A stretch of DNA of 64,000 nt, from positions 1,504,001 to 1,568,000 of the forward strand of contig CBDAON010000004.1 in NCBI GenBank assembly GCA_965198065.1, written 5' to 3'. Below are positions 38,735-48,893 of the stretch, piece by piece; within the stretch, counting starts at the first letter, position 1, and every line of letters begins with the position of its first letter. This DNA comes from Longimicrobiales bacterium. Lineage in GTDB: Bacteria; Gemmatimonadota; Gemmatimonadetes; Longimicrobiales; Gaopeijiaceae. The position numbers were made by a program, and so were the translations under genes. Under the pieces are notes generated by a model that searched no databases, was not told the origin of the DNA, and saw only the letters and a program-made list of their open reading frames with translations.

Positions 38735-38766
38735 GGGAGGGCTGGGCTTTCAGGGAAGGGAAGGCG

Positions 38767-40650
38767 ATGACGCGAAGCTACGACGTGGTGGTCGTCGGCG
38801 GTGGGCACGCCGGGGCCGAGGCCGCCGCTGCCTCGGCCCGGCTCGGCGCGGGGACCCTGCTTCTCACGCCCGACCTCTCTCGGATTGGCCAGATGAGCTG
38901 TAACCCAGCTATCGGGGGGGTGGCGAAGGGCGTCGTGGCGCGTGAGATCGACGCCCTCGGGGGCGTGATGGGCCGCGCCACGGACGCGGCGCGGATCCAC
39001 TTCCGGATGCTCAACCGATCGAAGGGGCCGGCCGTCTGGAGCCCTCGAGCGCAGTGCGACCGTGGGCTCTATCCGCGGGGGGTGCGGCGCATTCTGGATG
39101 GGTTGGAGAACCTTGATCTCTTCCAGGATATGGTCACGGGTATGTGGTTGGAGGATAACGGTTTGCGAGGGGTAGTCACGAGGGGTGGGGTGCGCTTTGC
39201 AGCCGGTGCGGTCGTTGTGACGGCCGGGACGTTCCTTCGAGGCCGCATTCATGTGGGCGGTGACGGGGGTGTGCCCGCGGGGCGCGCGGGCGAGGCCCCC
39301 TCGATCGAGCTAGCGGAGGCCCTGGAAGCCCGCGGCCTCGAGATTGCCCGGTTCAAGACGGGCACCCCGCCGCGCGTGGACGGCCGGACCGTGGATTTCT
39401 CACGCCTCGAGGTCCAGCCCGGAGACGAAGACGACTACCGGTTCTCGGCCTACACGGAGGAGACGATCCCGGAGCAGCGCGTATGCTGGATCACGTGGAC
39501 GGGCGACGGCCTGAAGAAGGTCGTTCAGAAGAACCTGAGTAGGAGCGCGCTCTACGGTGGCGCGATCTCGGGGAGGGGCCCCCGCTACTGTCCTTCGATC
39601 GAAGACAAGATCGTCAAATTTCCGGAAGCACGGAGGCATCAGGTCTTCCTGGAGCCGGAGGGGCTCGAGACGACGGAGCTGTACGTGAACGGGCTCTCGA
39701 CGTCGCTCCCGGCCGACGTACAGGAGGCCTTCGTCCACACCGTTACGGGCCTCGAGGATGCCCGGATCACGAAGCTCGGATACGCGATCGAGTACGACTA
39801 CTTTCCGCCTTATCAGCTCCGGCACACGCTCGAGGTGCGCTCGCTCCCGGGGCTCTTCTTTGCGGGGCAGATCAACGGCACGACCGGGTACGAGGAGGCC
39901 GCCGGCCAGGGCCTGGTAGCAGGAGCGAACGCGGCCCTCCAGGTGCAGGGTCGGGAGCCCCTCGTGCTCGAGCGGGACCAGGCGTACATCGGCGTTCTGG
40001 TGGACGATCTCGTGACCAAGGGCGTGGACGAGCCCTACCGTCTCTTCACCTCCCGGGCCGAGTTCCGACTCTTGCTCCGGCAAGACAACGCGCCAGAGCG
40101 TCTCGGTCCGGTCTCGGCCGGACTCGGGCTGCTCGACCCGAATCAGCTCGCCGCCCTGGAAGCCCGCCGGAAGAAGTGGTTCCGTGTGCGGGAGTGGTTC
40201 CGTTCCGAGGTGCTAGAGCCGGGCGCTGCGAATCCGGTTCTCCGGGAGGCCCGGAGCGCAGAGGTGGACCGGCCAGTACGGGCCGAGGAGCTCCTGCGGA
40301 GGCCGGGGGTTCGAGGGTTGCGCCTGGCGAGGGCAGGTGCGGCGCCCTTCGAGGTCGACCGGGAGCTCATTGCAGCGGTCGAGCTGGAGGTGAAGTACGA
40401 GGGATACGTGCGCCGTGAAGAGGAGCGGGCGCGCAGGCTCCGGGATCAGGCCGGCTTCCTTCTCCCCGAGGACCTCCCCTACAACGACTTCGTCACTCTT
40501 TCGCGGGAAGCACGTGACCAGCTGACGCGGGTGCGGCCGGGAAATCTGGCCCAGGCGGGCCGCATCCCGGGCGTTTCACCCGCGGATCTCCAAAATCTCG
40601 TTCTAGAGGTCCGGCGGCTGCGATCTAGCGTAACTCGTAGTACGACTTAG
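38767..40650 (+). CDS. mnmG: tRNA uridine-5-carboxymethylaminomethyl modification enzyme MnmG
   Basis: GGGHAG.EA, MSCNPAIGG, KTGTPPR, GPRYCPSIEDK, GQINGTTGYEEA. Confidence 0.97.
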   Translation: MTRSYDVVVVGGGHAGAEAAAASARLGAGTLLLTPDLSRIGQMSCNPAIGGVAKGVVAREIDALGGVMGRATDAARIHFRMLNRSKGPAVWSPRAQCDRGLYPRGVRRILDGLENLDLFQDMVTGMWLEDNGLRGVVTRGGVRFAAGAVVVTAGTFLRGRIHVGGDGGVPAGRAGEAPSIELAEALEARGLEIARFKTGTPPRVDGRTVDFSRLEVQPGDEDDYRFSAYTEETIPEQRVCWITWTGDGLKKVVQKNLSRSALYGGAISGRGPRYCPSIEDKIVKFPEARRHQVFLEPEGLETTELYVNGLSTSLPADVQEAFVHTVTGLEDARITKLGYAIEYDYFPPYQLRHTLEVRSLPGLFFAGQINGTTGYEEAAGQGLVAGANAALQVQGREPLVLERDQAYIGVLVDDLVTKGVDEPYRLFTSRAEFRLLLRQDNAPERLGPVSAGLGLLDPNQLAALEARRKKWFRVREWFRSEVLEPGAANPVLREARSAEVDRPVRAEELLRRPGVRGLRLARAGAAPFEVDRELIAAVELEVKYEGYVRREEERARRLRDQAGFLLPEDLPYNDFVTLSREARDQLTRVRPGNLAQAGRIPGVSPADLQNLVLEVRRLRSSVTRSTT

Positions 40651-40671
40651 TCTTACGCTTCACGCTCCCGG

Positions 40672-40687
40672 CGTTCCACGTGGAACG
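40672..40687. promoter_or_regulatory. parS site 1
   Basis: Palindrome CGTTCCACGTGGAACG upstream of parA. Confidence 0.9.
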
Positions 40688-40729
40688 CCGGCCGGCCGAG
40701 CGCAGCGTGGCTCCCCCACCGCCGGGTGT

Positions 40730-40745
40730 GGTTCCACGTGGAACA
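40730..40745. promoter_or_regulatory. parS site 2
   Basis: GGTTCCACGTGGAACA. Confidence 0.9.
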
Positions 40746-40838
40746 CTGGACCCAAACCGCCCCGTTTCCCGCCCGCATCGAGAGTCCTTATATTGGCGGC
40801 TCGCCGGGGGTCCCTGAATCACCCCAACATGACCGCTC

Positions 40839-41633
40839 ATGGGCCGGGTCGTCGCCATCGCCAACCAGAAGGGCGGAGTGGGGAAGACCACGACCGCCAT
40901 TAGTCTGGGCGCGTCCCTCGCCGTCGCCGAGCAGCACACGTTGGTTATCGACATCGACCCCCAGGGGAACGCGACCTCGGGGCTGGGCGTCGAAAAGGGC
41001 GATTCCCTCCCAACGATCTACGACGTGCTGATCGACGGGAGGGATCCGGCAGAGTGCATTGTGAGGGGCGTACATTTCCCCTTCCTCGATCTCCTGCCCT
41101 CGAACCGGGACCTGGTCGGCGCCGAGATCGAGCTCGTGGACCGACAGGAGCGCGAGCGGGTCCTGGCCAAGGCGCTGAAGGACGTACGAGGTGCGTACGA
41201 CTACGTTCTCGTGGACTGTCCGCCGTCTCTGGGGCTCCTAACCCTAAACACGCTCGCCGCCGCGGATAGCGTGCTCATCCCGATTCAGTGCGAGTTCTAT
41301 GCCCTCGAGGGCCTGTCCCAGCTTCTGAACACGGTGCGGTTCGTGCAACGGGGTCTGAATCCTCGCCTCGAGATCGAGGGAGTACTTCTCACCATGTACG
41401 ACCGGAGGCTGAACCTCTCGCGACAGGTTGCCGAGGAGGCTCGGGACTATTTTGGCGGGAAGGTCTTCGAGACGACGATCCCGAGGAACGTGCGACTGGC
41501 CGAGGCCCCGAGCTTCGGGCAGCCCATCGCGACCTACGACGTGCTTTCGGCCGGCGCCCAGAGCTACCTGGCTCTGGCCCGCGAGGTCCTCAAGGGGAGC
41601 GGCAAGACCGGAAAGACCAGGATAAGGGGGTAG
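40839..41633 (+). CDS. parA: ParA/Soj ATPase
   Basis: NQKGGVGKTTT, DPQGNA, DCPPSLG, PRNVRLAEAPS. Confidence 0.96.
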   Translation: MGRVVAIANQKGGVGKTTTAISLGASLAVAEQHTLVIDIDPQGNATSGLGVEKGDSLPTIYDVLIDGRDPAECIVRGVHFPFLDLLPSNRDLVGAEIELVDRQERERVLAKALKDVRGAYDYVLVDCPPSLGLLTLNTLAAADSVLIPIQCEFYALEGLSQLLNTVRFVQRGLNPRLEIEGVLLTMYDRRLNLSRQVAEEARDYFGGKVFETTIPRNVRLAEAPSFGQPIATYDVLSAGAQSYLALAREVLKGSGKTGKTRIRG

Positions 41634-41634
41634 G

Positions 41635-42552
41635 GTGACCGAGAATCGCGAGCGGCGGCAGCGCCTGGGTCGGGGGTTGGGAGCCCTTCTCGGGGAGGAC
41701 TACTTCGGGCCCCCTAGCCGGGGAGAGGAGGTCACGCTCCTCCCGGTGGCGACAGTCGATCCCAACCCCTTCCAGCCTCGGAGGGAGTTTCGCGAGGAGG
41801 AGCTGCGGGAGCTCGCGAAGTCCATTAGCGAGAACGGGCTCCTCCAGCCGCTGATCGTGCGGCCCGCGCCGGGGCCTGCCACGGATCGGTACCAGCTGGT
41901 GGCCGGAGAGCGCCGACTGCGTGCCGTACGGGAGCTGGGCTGGCAGGAAGTCGCCGTCCAGGTTCGTAAGGTGGAGGATCGCACCCTGCTCGTCCTCGCC
42001 CTCGTCGAGAACCTGCAGCGGGAGGCCCTCAGCCCGCTTGAGGAGGCGCAGGGTTACCAGCACCTGGCCAACGAGTTCGGGCTCACGCAGGGAGAGATCG
42101 CCGAGTCGGTCGGAAAGAATCGGGCCACGGTTGCGAACATTCTACGGCTCTTGCGTCTGCCCGACTCTGTTCGGGCCCTGTTGGCCAGGGGCGCCTTGTC
42201 CATGGGTCACGCAAGGGCCCTTCTGGCCGTGGAGGATTCGGGACGCCTGGCCGAGCTTGCGAGGCAGGCCGCCCGGCACGGATGGTCGGTGCGCGAGGTC
42301 GAATCGCGCGTCCGGGGAGAGGGCGATCGTGACGCCTCCCCGAGGAGAGCCTCTTCATCACGGGCGTCCCGGCTTTCGGCTGCCGCCCGGGCCTATCAGG
42401 AGGCGCTCGCCGAGGCCTTGGGTACCCGGGTTCGCCTCCGGCAAAAGAAGGGTGGAGCGGGGACGATCGAGGTCTCGTTTGCTTCGGCGGCGGACTTCGA
42501 GCGAGTCTTCGAGCTCATGGCCCGACGCGACCACTCGGAGATTGCGGATTGA
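41635..42552 (+). CDS. parB: ParB/Spo0J
   Basis: LGRGL.AL, NPFQPR, AGERRLRA, ENLQRE. Confidence 0.96.
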   Translation: MTENRERRQRLGRGLGALLGEDYFGPPSRGEEVTLLPVATVDPNPFQPRREFREEELRELAKSISENGLLQPLIVRPAPGPATDRYQLVAGERRLRAVRELGWQEVAVQVRKVEDRTLLVLALVENLQREALSPLEEAQGYQHLANEFGLTQGEIAESVGKNRATVANILRLLRLPDSVRALLARGALSMGHARALLAVEDSGRLAELARQAARHGWSVREVESRVRGEGDRDASPRRASSSRASRLSAAARAYQEALAEALGTRVRLRQKKGGAGTIEVSFASAADFERVFELMARRDHSEIAD

Positions 42553-43343
42553 GCAAGGAGAGTCATGACCGACACGGGCACGGGTACGTCACTGTGCTCT
42601 TCATTCCGGATGGCCCCTCGGGTACCCGGAGCATCAAGCTGTCTGTGCGGCGGCTTCGCTGGCTCGTGGTAGGCGCCGTGGGAGTTCTGGCCCTCCTCTG
42701 CGTGGCCGTCGGGAGTTGGTGGTACCTCGTCGGCCGCGCGAGACAGGCCCAGGCCCTGGAGGAGCAGGTGGCGGAGCTCCTGGACCGGGAGGCCCGGGTG
42801 ATGGAGCTCGCACGCACCTTAGAGGAGGTAGAGGCCGGGTACGAGGCCATCCGGTCGCTGTTCGGCGGCGGAGCGGCCGGCGCGGCCAGCGAGCTCTGGC
42901 TTCCTCCGGCCACCGGGCGACTCGCCGGGCCGGGAAGCTCGACCCCTCAGGACAACGTTCCCGCGAGCTGGCCCCTCACGGAAAGGGGCTTCGTGACGCA
43001 GATGCTCCTGGAGGCCACCGCCGCTGAGGCGCCATCGCACCCCGGAATCGACATCGCGATTCCGGCCGGCTCGTACATCCGGGCCGCGGGGAGCGGTACC
43101 GTGCTCGAGGCTGGGGAGGACCCCGTCTACGGGAACTATCTGGTCCTGGAGCATGGGGACGGATACCGTTCCCTGTACGCTCACGCCTCGATGATCTTTG
43201 CGGAGGCGGGGGACGCCGTGCGCGGGAGTGAGGTCATCGCGCTCAGCGGATCGAGCGGGCGCTCGACGGCCCCGCACCTGCACTTCGAGATCCAACGAGA
43301 TGGCGAGGCGGTGGACCCTCTCTCGATGGTGGCGCCGCCCTGA
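42549..43343 (+). CDS. M23 family metallopeptidase
   Basis: HPGID, YAH, STAPHLHFEI. Confidence 0.92.
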   Translation: MSKESHDRHGHGYVTVLFIPDGPSGTRSIKLSVRRLRWLVVGAVGVLALLCVAVGSWWYLVGRARQAQALEEQVAELLDREARVMELARTLEEVEAGYEAIRSLFGGGAAGAASELWLPPATGRLAGPGSSTPQDNVPASWPLTERGFVTQMLLEATAAEAPSHPGIDIAIPAGSYIRAAGSGTVLEAGEDPVYGNYLVLEHGDGYRSLYAHASMIFAEAGDAVRGSEVIALSGSSGRSTAPHLHFEIQRDGEAVDPLSMVAPP

Positions 43344-43408
43344 GCAGCGGCGGCGCCGCCGGCGCCCGTCGGACGCCGTACAGTCCACTAGGTCAGGGAG
43401 ACATCGGA

Positions 43409-43855
43409 ATGGCTCGAGGAAGGGAGCAGGAAGAGAGTGGGGCCCCGCCGATGATCTCGATCATCGGTCCCGGAATGCACGTGTACGGGGATTGCGTAGC
43501 GGACGGCACGATCCGGATCGAGGGGGCGGTGACGGGGACCGTGTACGGTGGAAAAGCCGTGGTGGTGGGACCGGAGGGGGTCGTGGTGGGGGACGTCCGG
43601 ACGCAGGACGCGGTGATCTCGGGCGTGGTAACCGGCACGGTCACGGCCGCTTCGCGCCTCGAGGTCCAGGCGACGGCCAGAATCGAGGGCGAGGTGCACA
43701 CGAGGAGACTCCAGCTCGAGGAGGGTGCCATCCTGAACGGCGAGGTCCGGATGGGAGAGGTGGATCTGGGTCCGCCGCCCTCGGCGGAGCACGGGGAGCC
43801 CGCGGGCGAGGTTCCGCATCCGGTCCCGGAGGAGGCAGACGCCGCCTTGCTGTGA
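43409..43855 (+). CDS. Bactofilin (polymer-forming cytoskeletal protein)
   Basis: SIIGPG...IRIEG.V.G repeats; typical position after an M23 gene. Confidence 0.9.
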   Translation: MARGREQEESGAPPMISIIGPGMHVYGDCVADGTIRIEGAVTGTVYGGKAVVVGPEGVVVGDVRTQDAVISGVVTGTVTAASRLEVQATARIEGEVHTRRLQLEEGAILNGEVRMGEVDLGPPPSAEHGEPAGEVPHPVPEEADAALL

Positions 43856-43980
43856 CCGGCACACGTGCTTTTCCACTTTAGTGGGTATCGTCATAACATG
43901 TTGTGTTACAACATCTTACCATTCCATCTCCCACTCGTTCTGGAGGTTTTCTACACCCGGGTGTGGAAGCAGGTGTGAGC

Positions 43981-44748
43981 GTGGCCCAGTCCCCCGTCGA
44001 ATTAGAACGCATCCTCCAGTTCCTCGATCGAACGCTGTCGATCGCTGAGTTTCCGGACTACGACGGGGCCTTGAACGGGCTCCAGTTGGAGGCCGACGGA
44101 CCGGTACGCCACCTGGGGGCGGCCGTGGACGCGAGCGTCGAGGTCGCGGAGGCTTCGGTGGAGCGCGACGTGGACCTCCTGCTCGTCCATCACGGCCTGT
44201 TCTGGGACGGGCTCCAGCCCCTGACGGGGCGCCTGTACCGGCGGGTCGCTCCTCTCGTGAGGAACGGGATCGCCCTCTATGCGGCCCACCTCCCGCTGGA
44301 CGCGCATCCGGAGCTCGGCAACGCGACGGGGCTCATCCGCGCGCTCGGTCTCGAGCCCGGGGAGCGCTTTGGGCGGTTCCGGGAGGCGGAGGTGGGCTTC
44401 GTGGTGCACGCCGACCACGACCGGGAGGCGTTGCGAGCCGCCGTAGCTGAAGTCGTCGGCGGACCCGTTCGGCTGATCCCGGGTGGGCCGGCACGAGCCG
44501 AGCGCGTAGGAGTCGTGACGGGAAGTGGCGGCTCGTTCATTCGGGCGGCGGCGGAAGCGGGGCTCGATACGCTGCTCACGGGAGAGGGCTTGCACCACAC
44601 CTACCTGGACGCCATGGAGCTCGGAGTGAACGTCCTCTACGCCGGCCACTACGCTACGGAAACCTGGGGCGTGAAGGCGTTGGCCGAACGGGTTGCCGGA
44701 GAGTTCGGGATCTCCTGGGAGTTCCTGGATTTTCCCACCGGCCTCTAA
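43981..44748 (+). CDS. Nif3-like dinuclear metal protein (YbgI/DUF34)
   Basis: NGLQ, AVDAS, VHHGLFW, HLPLDAHPELGN, GHYATE. Confidence 0.92.
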   Translation: MAQSPVELERILQFLDRTLSIAEFPDYDGALNGLQLEADGPVRHLGAAVDASVEVAEASVERDVDLLLVHHGLFWDGLQPLTGRLYRRVAPLVRNGIALYAAHLPLDAHPELGNATGLIRALGLEPGERFGRFREAEVGFVVHADHDREALRAAVAEVVGGPVRLIPGGPARAERVGVVTGSGGSFIRAAAEAGLDTLLTGEGLHHTYLDAMELGVNVLYAGHYATETWGVKALAERVAGEFGISWEFLDFPTGL

Positions 44749-44777
44749 AGATCCGGGTCGCGGTCGCGCCCCCCGAT

Positions 44778-46351
44778 TCAGAAGAGGCCGTCCAGGTAGG
44801 CGTCGAGACGCCAGTCCCGCTCACCCCTGAGGTTCCGCGCGACGTCCAGCCGCATCAGCCCCTTCATGATCGAAACACCGGCGCCCACCGCCACGAGTGT
44901 TTCCACCTCCCCGAGTCGGTCCCGTGGTCCGACGGCCATCCAGTCCGCGAACGTGACCAGGCTGGAGTCGGTGGATCGGCTGGCGCCCTCCCCCTCCAGA
45001 GCGGCTCGCGGTCGGAGAGGCCGAGCCGGGCCTCGCCATGAAGCGCAAAGAGGGACGGGAGAGCGAGCCAAGCACCAATCCCGGTGGACAGACCCTCGAC
45101 CCGGTTGTAGCGGGTGACGCCGGACCGGCGACCGAACGTGACCCGGAACCTCGCGGCCGGGGAGAGCTGGAGGAGCGTGCGCCGCAGATCTTCGAGCTCC
45201 TCCTCCCGAAAGGCAGAGGGAGCCGTACCCCCCCGGCTCGACAGCTCGGGCGATGTGGCCAGTTGGGTGGCAGGCGGGACGACGACGGTGACCCGTAGCG
45301 GCCGGTCGTCTCTCTCGAGCTTGACCTCGCGGAGGATCCATCCGTCCGGCGCGACCTCGGGCACGAGGGCCGTCGCCTCGTTCACCCGCATGTCGTCCAA
45401 CGTCCACTCGATGTGAATGGGGAATGCGGCCCTGGTTCCGACCGTCGCCTCGCCGTCGAAAGCGAATCGCCGTGGGATCCACCACCGGAGGTCGTACAGC
45501 CCGTGGTCGATCGACACATAACGGATCTCGGCACGTATGGGTCCCAGAAATTCGGGCACGTCGCCGTCCCCGTCGATTGCCATATCGAAGGGGCGGGCCG
45601 GCCGGTAGCCGGCCCGAACCAGCGATCCGTCGGCCGTGTCGAACCAGAGCGAGGCAGACACGAGCCGGAACTCGGCGCGCCGAGGCTCGACGCGAACCTC
45701 CGCCAGCACGACCCCTCGGTCCGTGCCTGGCAGGGTGATACGGAGCGTGTCGCCGCTAGAGTACCGGTAGTGGTAGACGGCGCTGTCCGCGAGCGGGTTC
45801 AGCGCCCAGTCGCCGCCGAATGCGATCCGGTCGCTCGCGGGATCGAACGACAGCGGCGGCGGGAGGTATGGATCCACGAGTGTCGTGTCGGATCTCACGC
45901 CGGAGAGATCCTGCCGGATGCGGTCGGCCACGTCCCTGCCGACCCCGGCTTCGGTCGTGGACGAAATGCCGAGCGCCTCGCTCTCGCGACGTGCGCCCTC
46001 CCATCGCACGATGCGGGTTCCATCGCTGGCCCAGCGCACCCGCGCGACCCGCTCGTCCTCGAGGAGGCCGCGCTCCCTTCGGAAGGCGGGGCCGGCGACC
46101 CCCAGATACAAGTGCTCCCACATGCGGCCCTCGTAGCTCAGGAGCCCCTCCGCCACCCGGCTTCGCGCTGCTCGCGCCAGGGCGAGGATCCGCTCGGCGG
46201 CGAGGTCCTGGTACGCATCCGCAGGTGCCTCCGTAGGACGGGTGCCGGGAGCGACGGGCTGCTGACGGGCCTCACCCGCAGACGGTCTCGCGCACGAGAG
46301 ACCGAGGATCAGGATCGGAAGCAGGGCGCGGAAAGGGCCGCGTGATTCCAT
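44778..46351 (-). pseudogene. Exported/outer-membrane hypothetical protein with frameshift and apparent internal deletion near 44990
   Basis: Signal peptide; RYNRVEGL; beta-barrel-like C-terminus LMRLDVAR..WRLDAYLDGLF in another frame. Confidence 0.55.
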
Positions 46352-46481
46352 TGAAGGAGCCGATCCGGCGGTGGAACGAGGTGCCGGCACGGGGTGCGGA
46401 GCCCGAAACACCGTCATTATACTAAGCCTTTACCTCGCCGGTCGTTGTTGGTGGGGCCGGAGGTTTCGTGCGCCTAGGAGG

Positions 46482-47306
46482 ATGAGACCATTGAGCGCTC
46501 GCTGCAAGCAGTGTGGGGCCCGAGGGGAGGGCCGATTCTGCGCGTCCTGCGGGGCCCCCTTGAAGCCCCTGGCCTGTAGGAAGTGCGGAACCTCACTCGA
46601 GGCCGGGACGCGCTTCTGCACCCAGTGCGGGACCGCGACGGGGGGTGGGGCTGCGGCAAAGGTGGGGCGGGGTGCCGCCCCGGAACCGCGGGTGGCCGCG
46701 CCAGTCTCCGAGCGCGCCCGGAACTCGGTCTGGTGGGTCTCCGGCGGGCTTCTCGCCGTGGTCGCAGCCGTCGTGCTCGTCACCGAGTTTTCCCGCGCGG
46801 CCTCGGACGCGCCCGTTGTCCCGTCCACCGTGGTCACGTCGACGCCCGGAGCCGGGCCTCCGGACCTGGCGTCCATGACCCCTCGCGAGGCCGCCGATCG
46901 GCTCTTCGACCGCGTGATGGGCGCGCTAGAGGGGAACGACACGCTTCAGGCCACGAGCTTCCTCCCCATGGCCCTTCAGGCCTATGGGCTCGCGGAGTCC
47001 CTCGACGAGGACGGCCTCTTCCACCGCTCTCTGCTCGAGGCGGCGGCCGGTGAGCTGGAGGCCGCGCTCGCGACCGCCGAGGAGGGCCTCGCGAGAAACC
47101 CGGATCACCTCCTCAATCTCTACGCGGCGGCGCAGGCTGCCCAAGCAGCCGGACAGGTCGAGGCGGCTCGGGAGCATTACGCGAGGATGCTCGCGGCCTG
47201 GTCCACCGAGGTCGTGGCGGGCCGGACGGAATACGACGAGCACTTGCAGCTGCTTCCTGTGATGCGGGACCAGGCGGAGGGATTCCTCTCCGGAGCGGGC
47301 CCCTGA
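46482..47306 (+). CDS. Double Zn-ribbon + TM + TPR-like protein
   Basis: CKQCG..FCASCG..CRKCG..FCTQCG. Confidence 0.75.
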   Translation: MRPLSARCKQCGARGEGRFCASCGAPLKPLACRKCGTSLEAGTRFCTQCGTATGGGAAAKVGRGAAPEPRVAAPVSERARNSVWWVSGGLLAVVAAVVLVTEFSRAASDAPVVPSTVVTSTPGAGPPDLASMTPREAADRLFDRVMGALEGNDTLQATSFLPMALQAYGLAESLDEDGLFHRSLLEAAAGELEAALATAEEGLARNPDHLLNLYAAAQAAQAAGQVEAAREHYARMLAAWSTEVVAGRTEYDEHLQLLPVMRDQAEGFLSGAGP

Positions 47307-47338
47307 GCGCAGCGAATCCACCACCCTCGCGGGGCGTC

Positions 47339-48367
47339 GTGTTTCTCACGGGCGGCACGGGGCTCGTGGGCTCCCACGTCGCCGAGGCCCTCCGCCGGCA
47401 GGGCCGACCGGTTCGCGCGCTCCACCGGGGCGGCTCGCCCCTCGACCACCTCCGAAGCGTCGAGTGCGAGCTTGTGGAGCTCTCGCTCCCGGGCGGCGAG
47501 CAGGCGCTCCGGGAGGCGATGGCGGGGTGCAGCGCGTTGGTCCACGCGGCGGCCCTGATCTACACCGATCTTCCGTGGCCCCGGGTCCGAGCGGTGAACG
47601 TCCAGGGGACCGGGAACGTCTTCCGTGCAGCAGCGAGCGAGGGCGTGGCCACGGCGGTTTTCCTCTCGTCGGTAGCTGCGTACGGGGACCCGTACGACAT
47701 GGTGGACGAGGACGCTCCGCTGGACAGACCCCTTCGCCCCTGGGAGAGATACGCGCGCTCCAAGCGGGAAGGGGAGCGGGTGGTTCAAGAGATCGCGACC
47801 CAGACGGGCATGTCTGTGACCGTGCTCCGACCGTGCGCGATCTACGGAGAGCGGGATCGGCTCTTCACCCCGAAAATCGCGACCGCCCTCCGGCTGCCGG
47901 TACATCCGATGCTCGGGGGCGGCCGGACCGCCATGGCCGCCGTGTACGCGGGCAACGTGGCGTCGGCCGTGCTGGCCGGCCTCGGCGGGGGCCGGCCCCC
48001 GGGGGCCAGGGCGTACAACGTCGCCGAGGATTACGGGCTATCCCAGCGGGAGCTCTACGCAGGCCTCGCGGCGGAGCTCCGGATCCCGTTTCGACCGGTG
48101 TCCATCCCGCGCTCGATCGTGCTCGGCGGAGCCGCGCTCGGCGAGGCCCTGGGGGGCCGCATCCCCGGGGCCGAGGAGCTGCCCCTTCGGAGGGCGGCCC
48201 ATTTGGCCGTCCGTCCCAACCCGTATCGCTCCCGGCGGATCAGGGAGGAGCTTGGATGGGCGCCGACCGCTTCATGCGAGGAAGCTCTGCGAAGGACGGC
48301 CGAGTGGATCGCGGGCACCTGGGAGGCGCGTCGCGACCGCCCGGCGTTCCGAACACAATCTCCGTGA
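47339..48367 (+). CDS. NAD-dependent epimerase/dehydratase (extended SDR)
   Basis: TGGTGLVG, HAAA, YARSK, RPCAIYG. Confidence 0.9.
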   Translation: MFLTGGTGLVGSHVAEALRRQGRPVRALHRGGSPLDHLRSVECELVELSLPGGEQALREAMAGCSALVHAAALIYTDLPWPRVRAVNVQGTGNVFRAAASEGVATAVFLSSVAAYGDPYDMVDEDAPLDRPLRPWERYARSKREGERVVQEIATQTGMSVTVLRPCAIYGERDRLFTPKIATALRLPVHPMLGGGRTAMAAVYAGNVASAVLAGLGGGRPPGARAYNVAEDYGLSQRELYAGLAAELRIPFRPVSIPRSIVLGGAALGEALGGRIPGAEELPLRRAAHLAVRPNPYRSRRIREELGWAPTASCEEALRRTAEWIAGTWEARRDRPAFRTQSP

Positions 48368-48520
48368 CCGCCCTGGGCCGACGCGCACGGTGGCGGAAGG
48401 GTACGATGAGTCGGAGCGGCGCCCCGTGCTCCTGCGGGATGGGCTCGTCGCTCCTCAGCCAGGCGAGCATCACCTGAGGATGGAGCAGGGTCGGCACGTC
48501 CTCGTCCACGTAGTGTCAGT
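48350..48520 (-). pseudogene. Molybdopterin oxidoreductase (MsrP/sulfite-oxidase-like) C-terminal remnant
   Basis: LHPQVMLAW..DEPIPQEHGAPLRLIVP. Confidence 0.6.
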
Positions 48521-48893
48521 ATAGTGTCGGTCTCTGGACACGATGCGGCCTAATGCGCGTTCGGGAGGAGACCAATTCGGCTAGCGAAATCTCTGAACCG
48601 CAGGCCCGTCCACTTGCAGAGCTCGGATCGGTCGCTACAGTTGATCCGTCACGGTCGCCCGCTGATTGCCACCCCCGATTGCGTCGTGCTACGATGGTCA
48701 GTTGACCGAGCGGGATCGAGGACACGCTCACCGGCGACCGGATCCTGACGGGGATGGATGGCCCGTACCGAGCTCCCCGCGTACGAAGCGAGGGAGCATT
48801 TTAATTGGGGATTACATCCAATCGTAACCAAATCGCTTGACTTCGGCCAGTCAGAATGTTACTATTAGTCTGTAAATCAGACTAGGAGAAACG

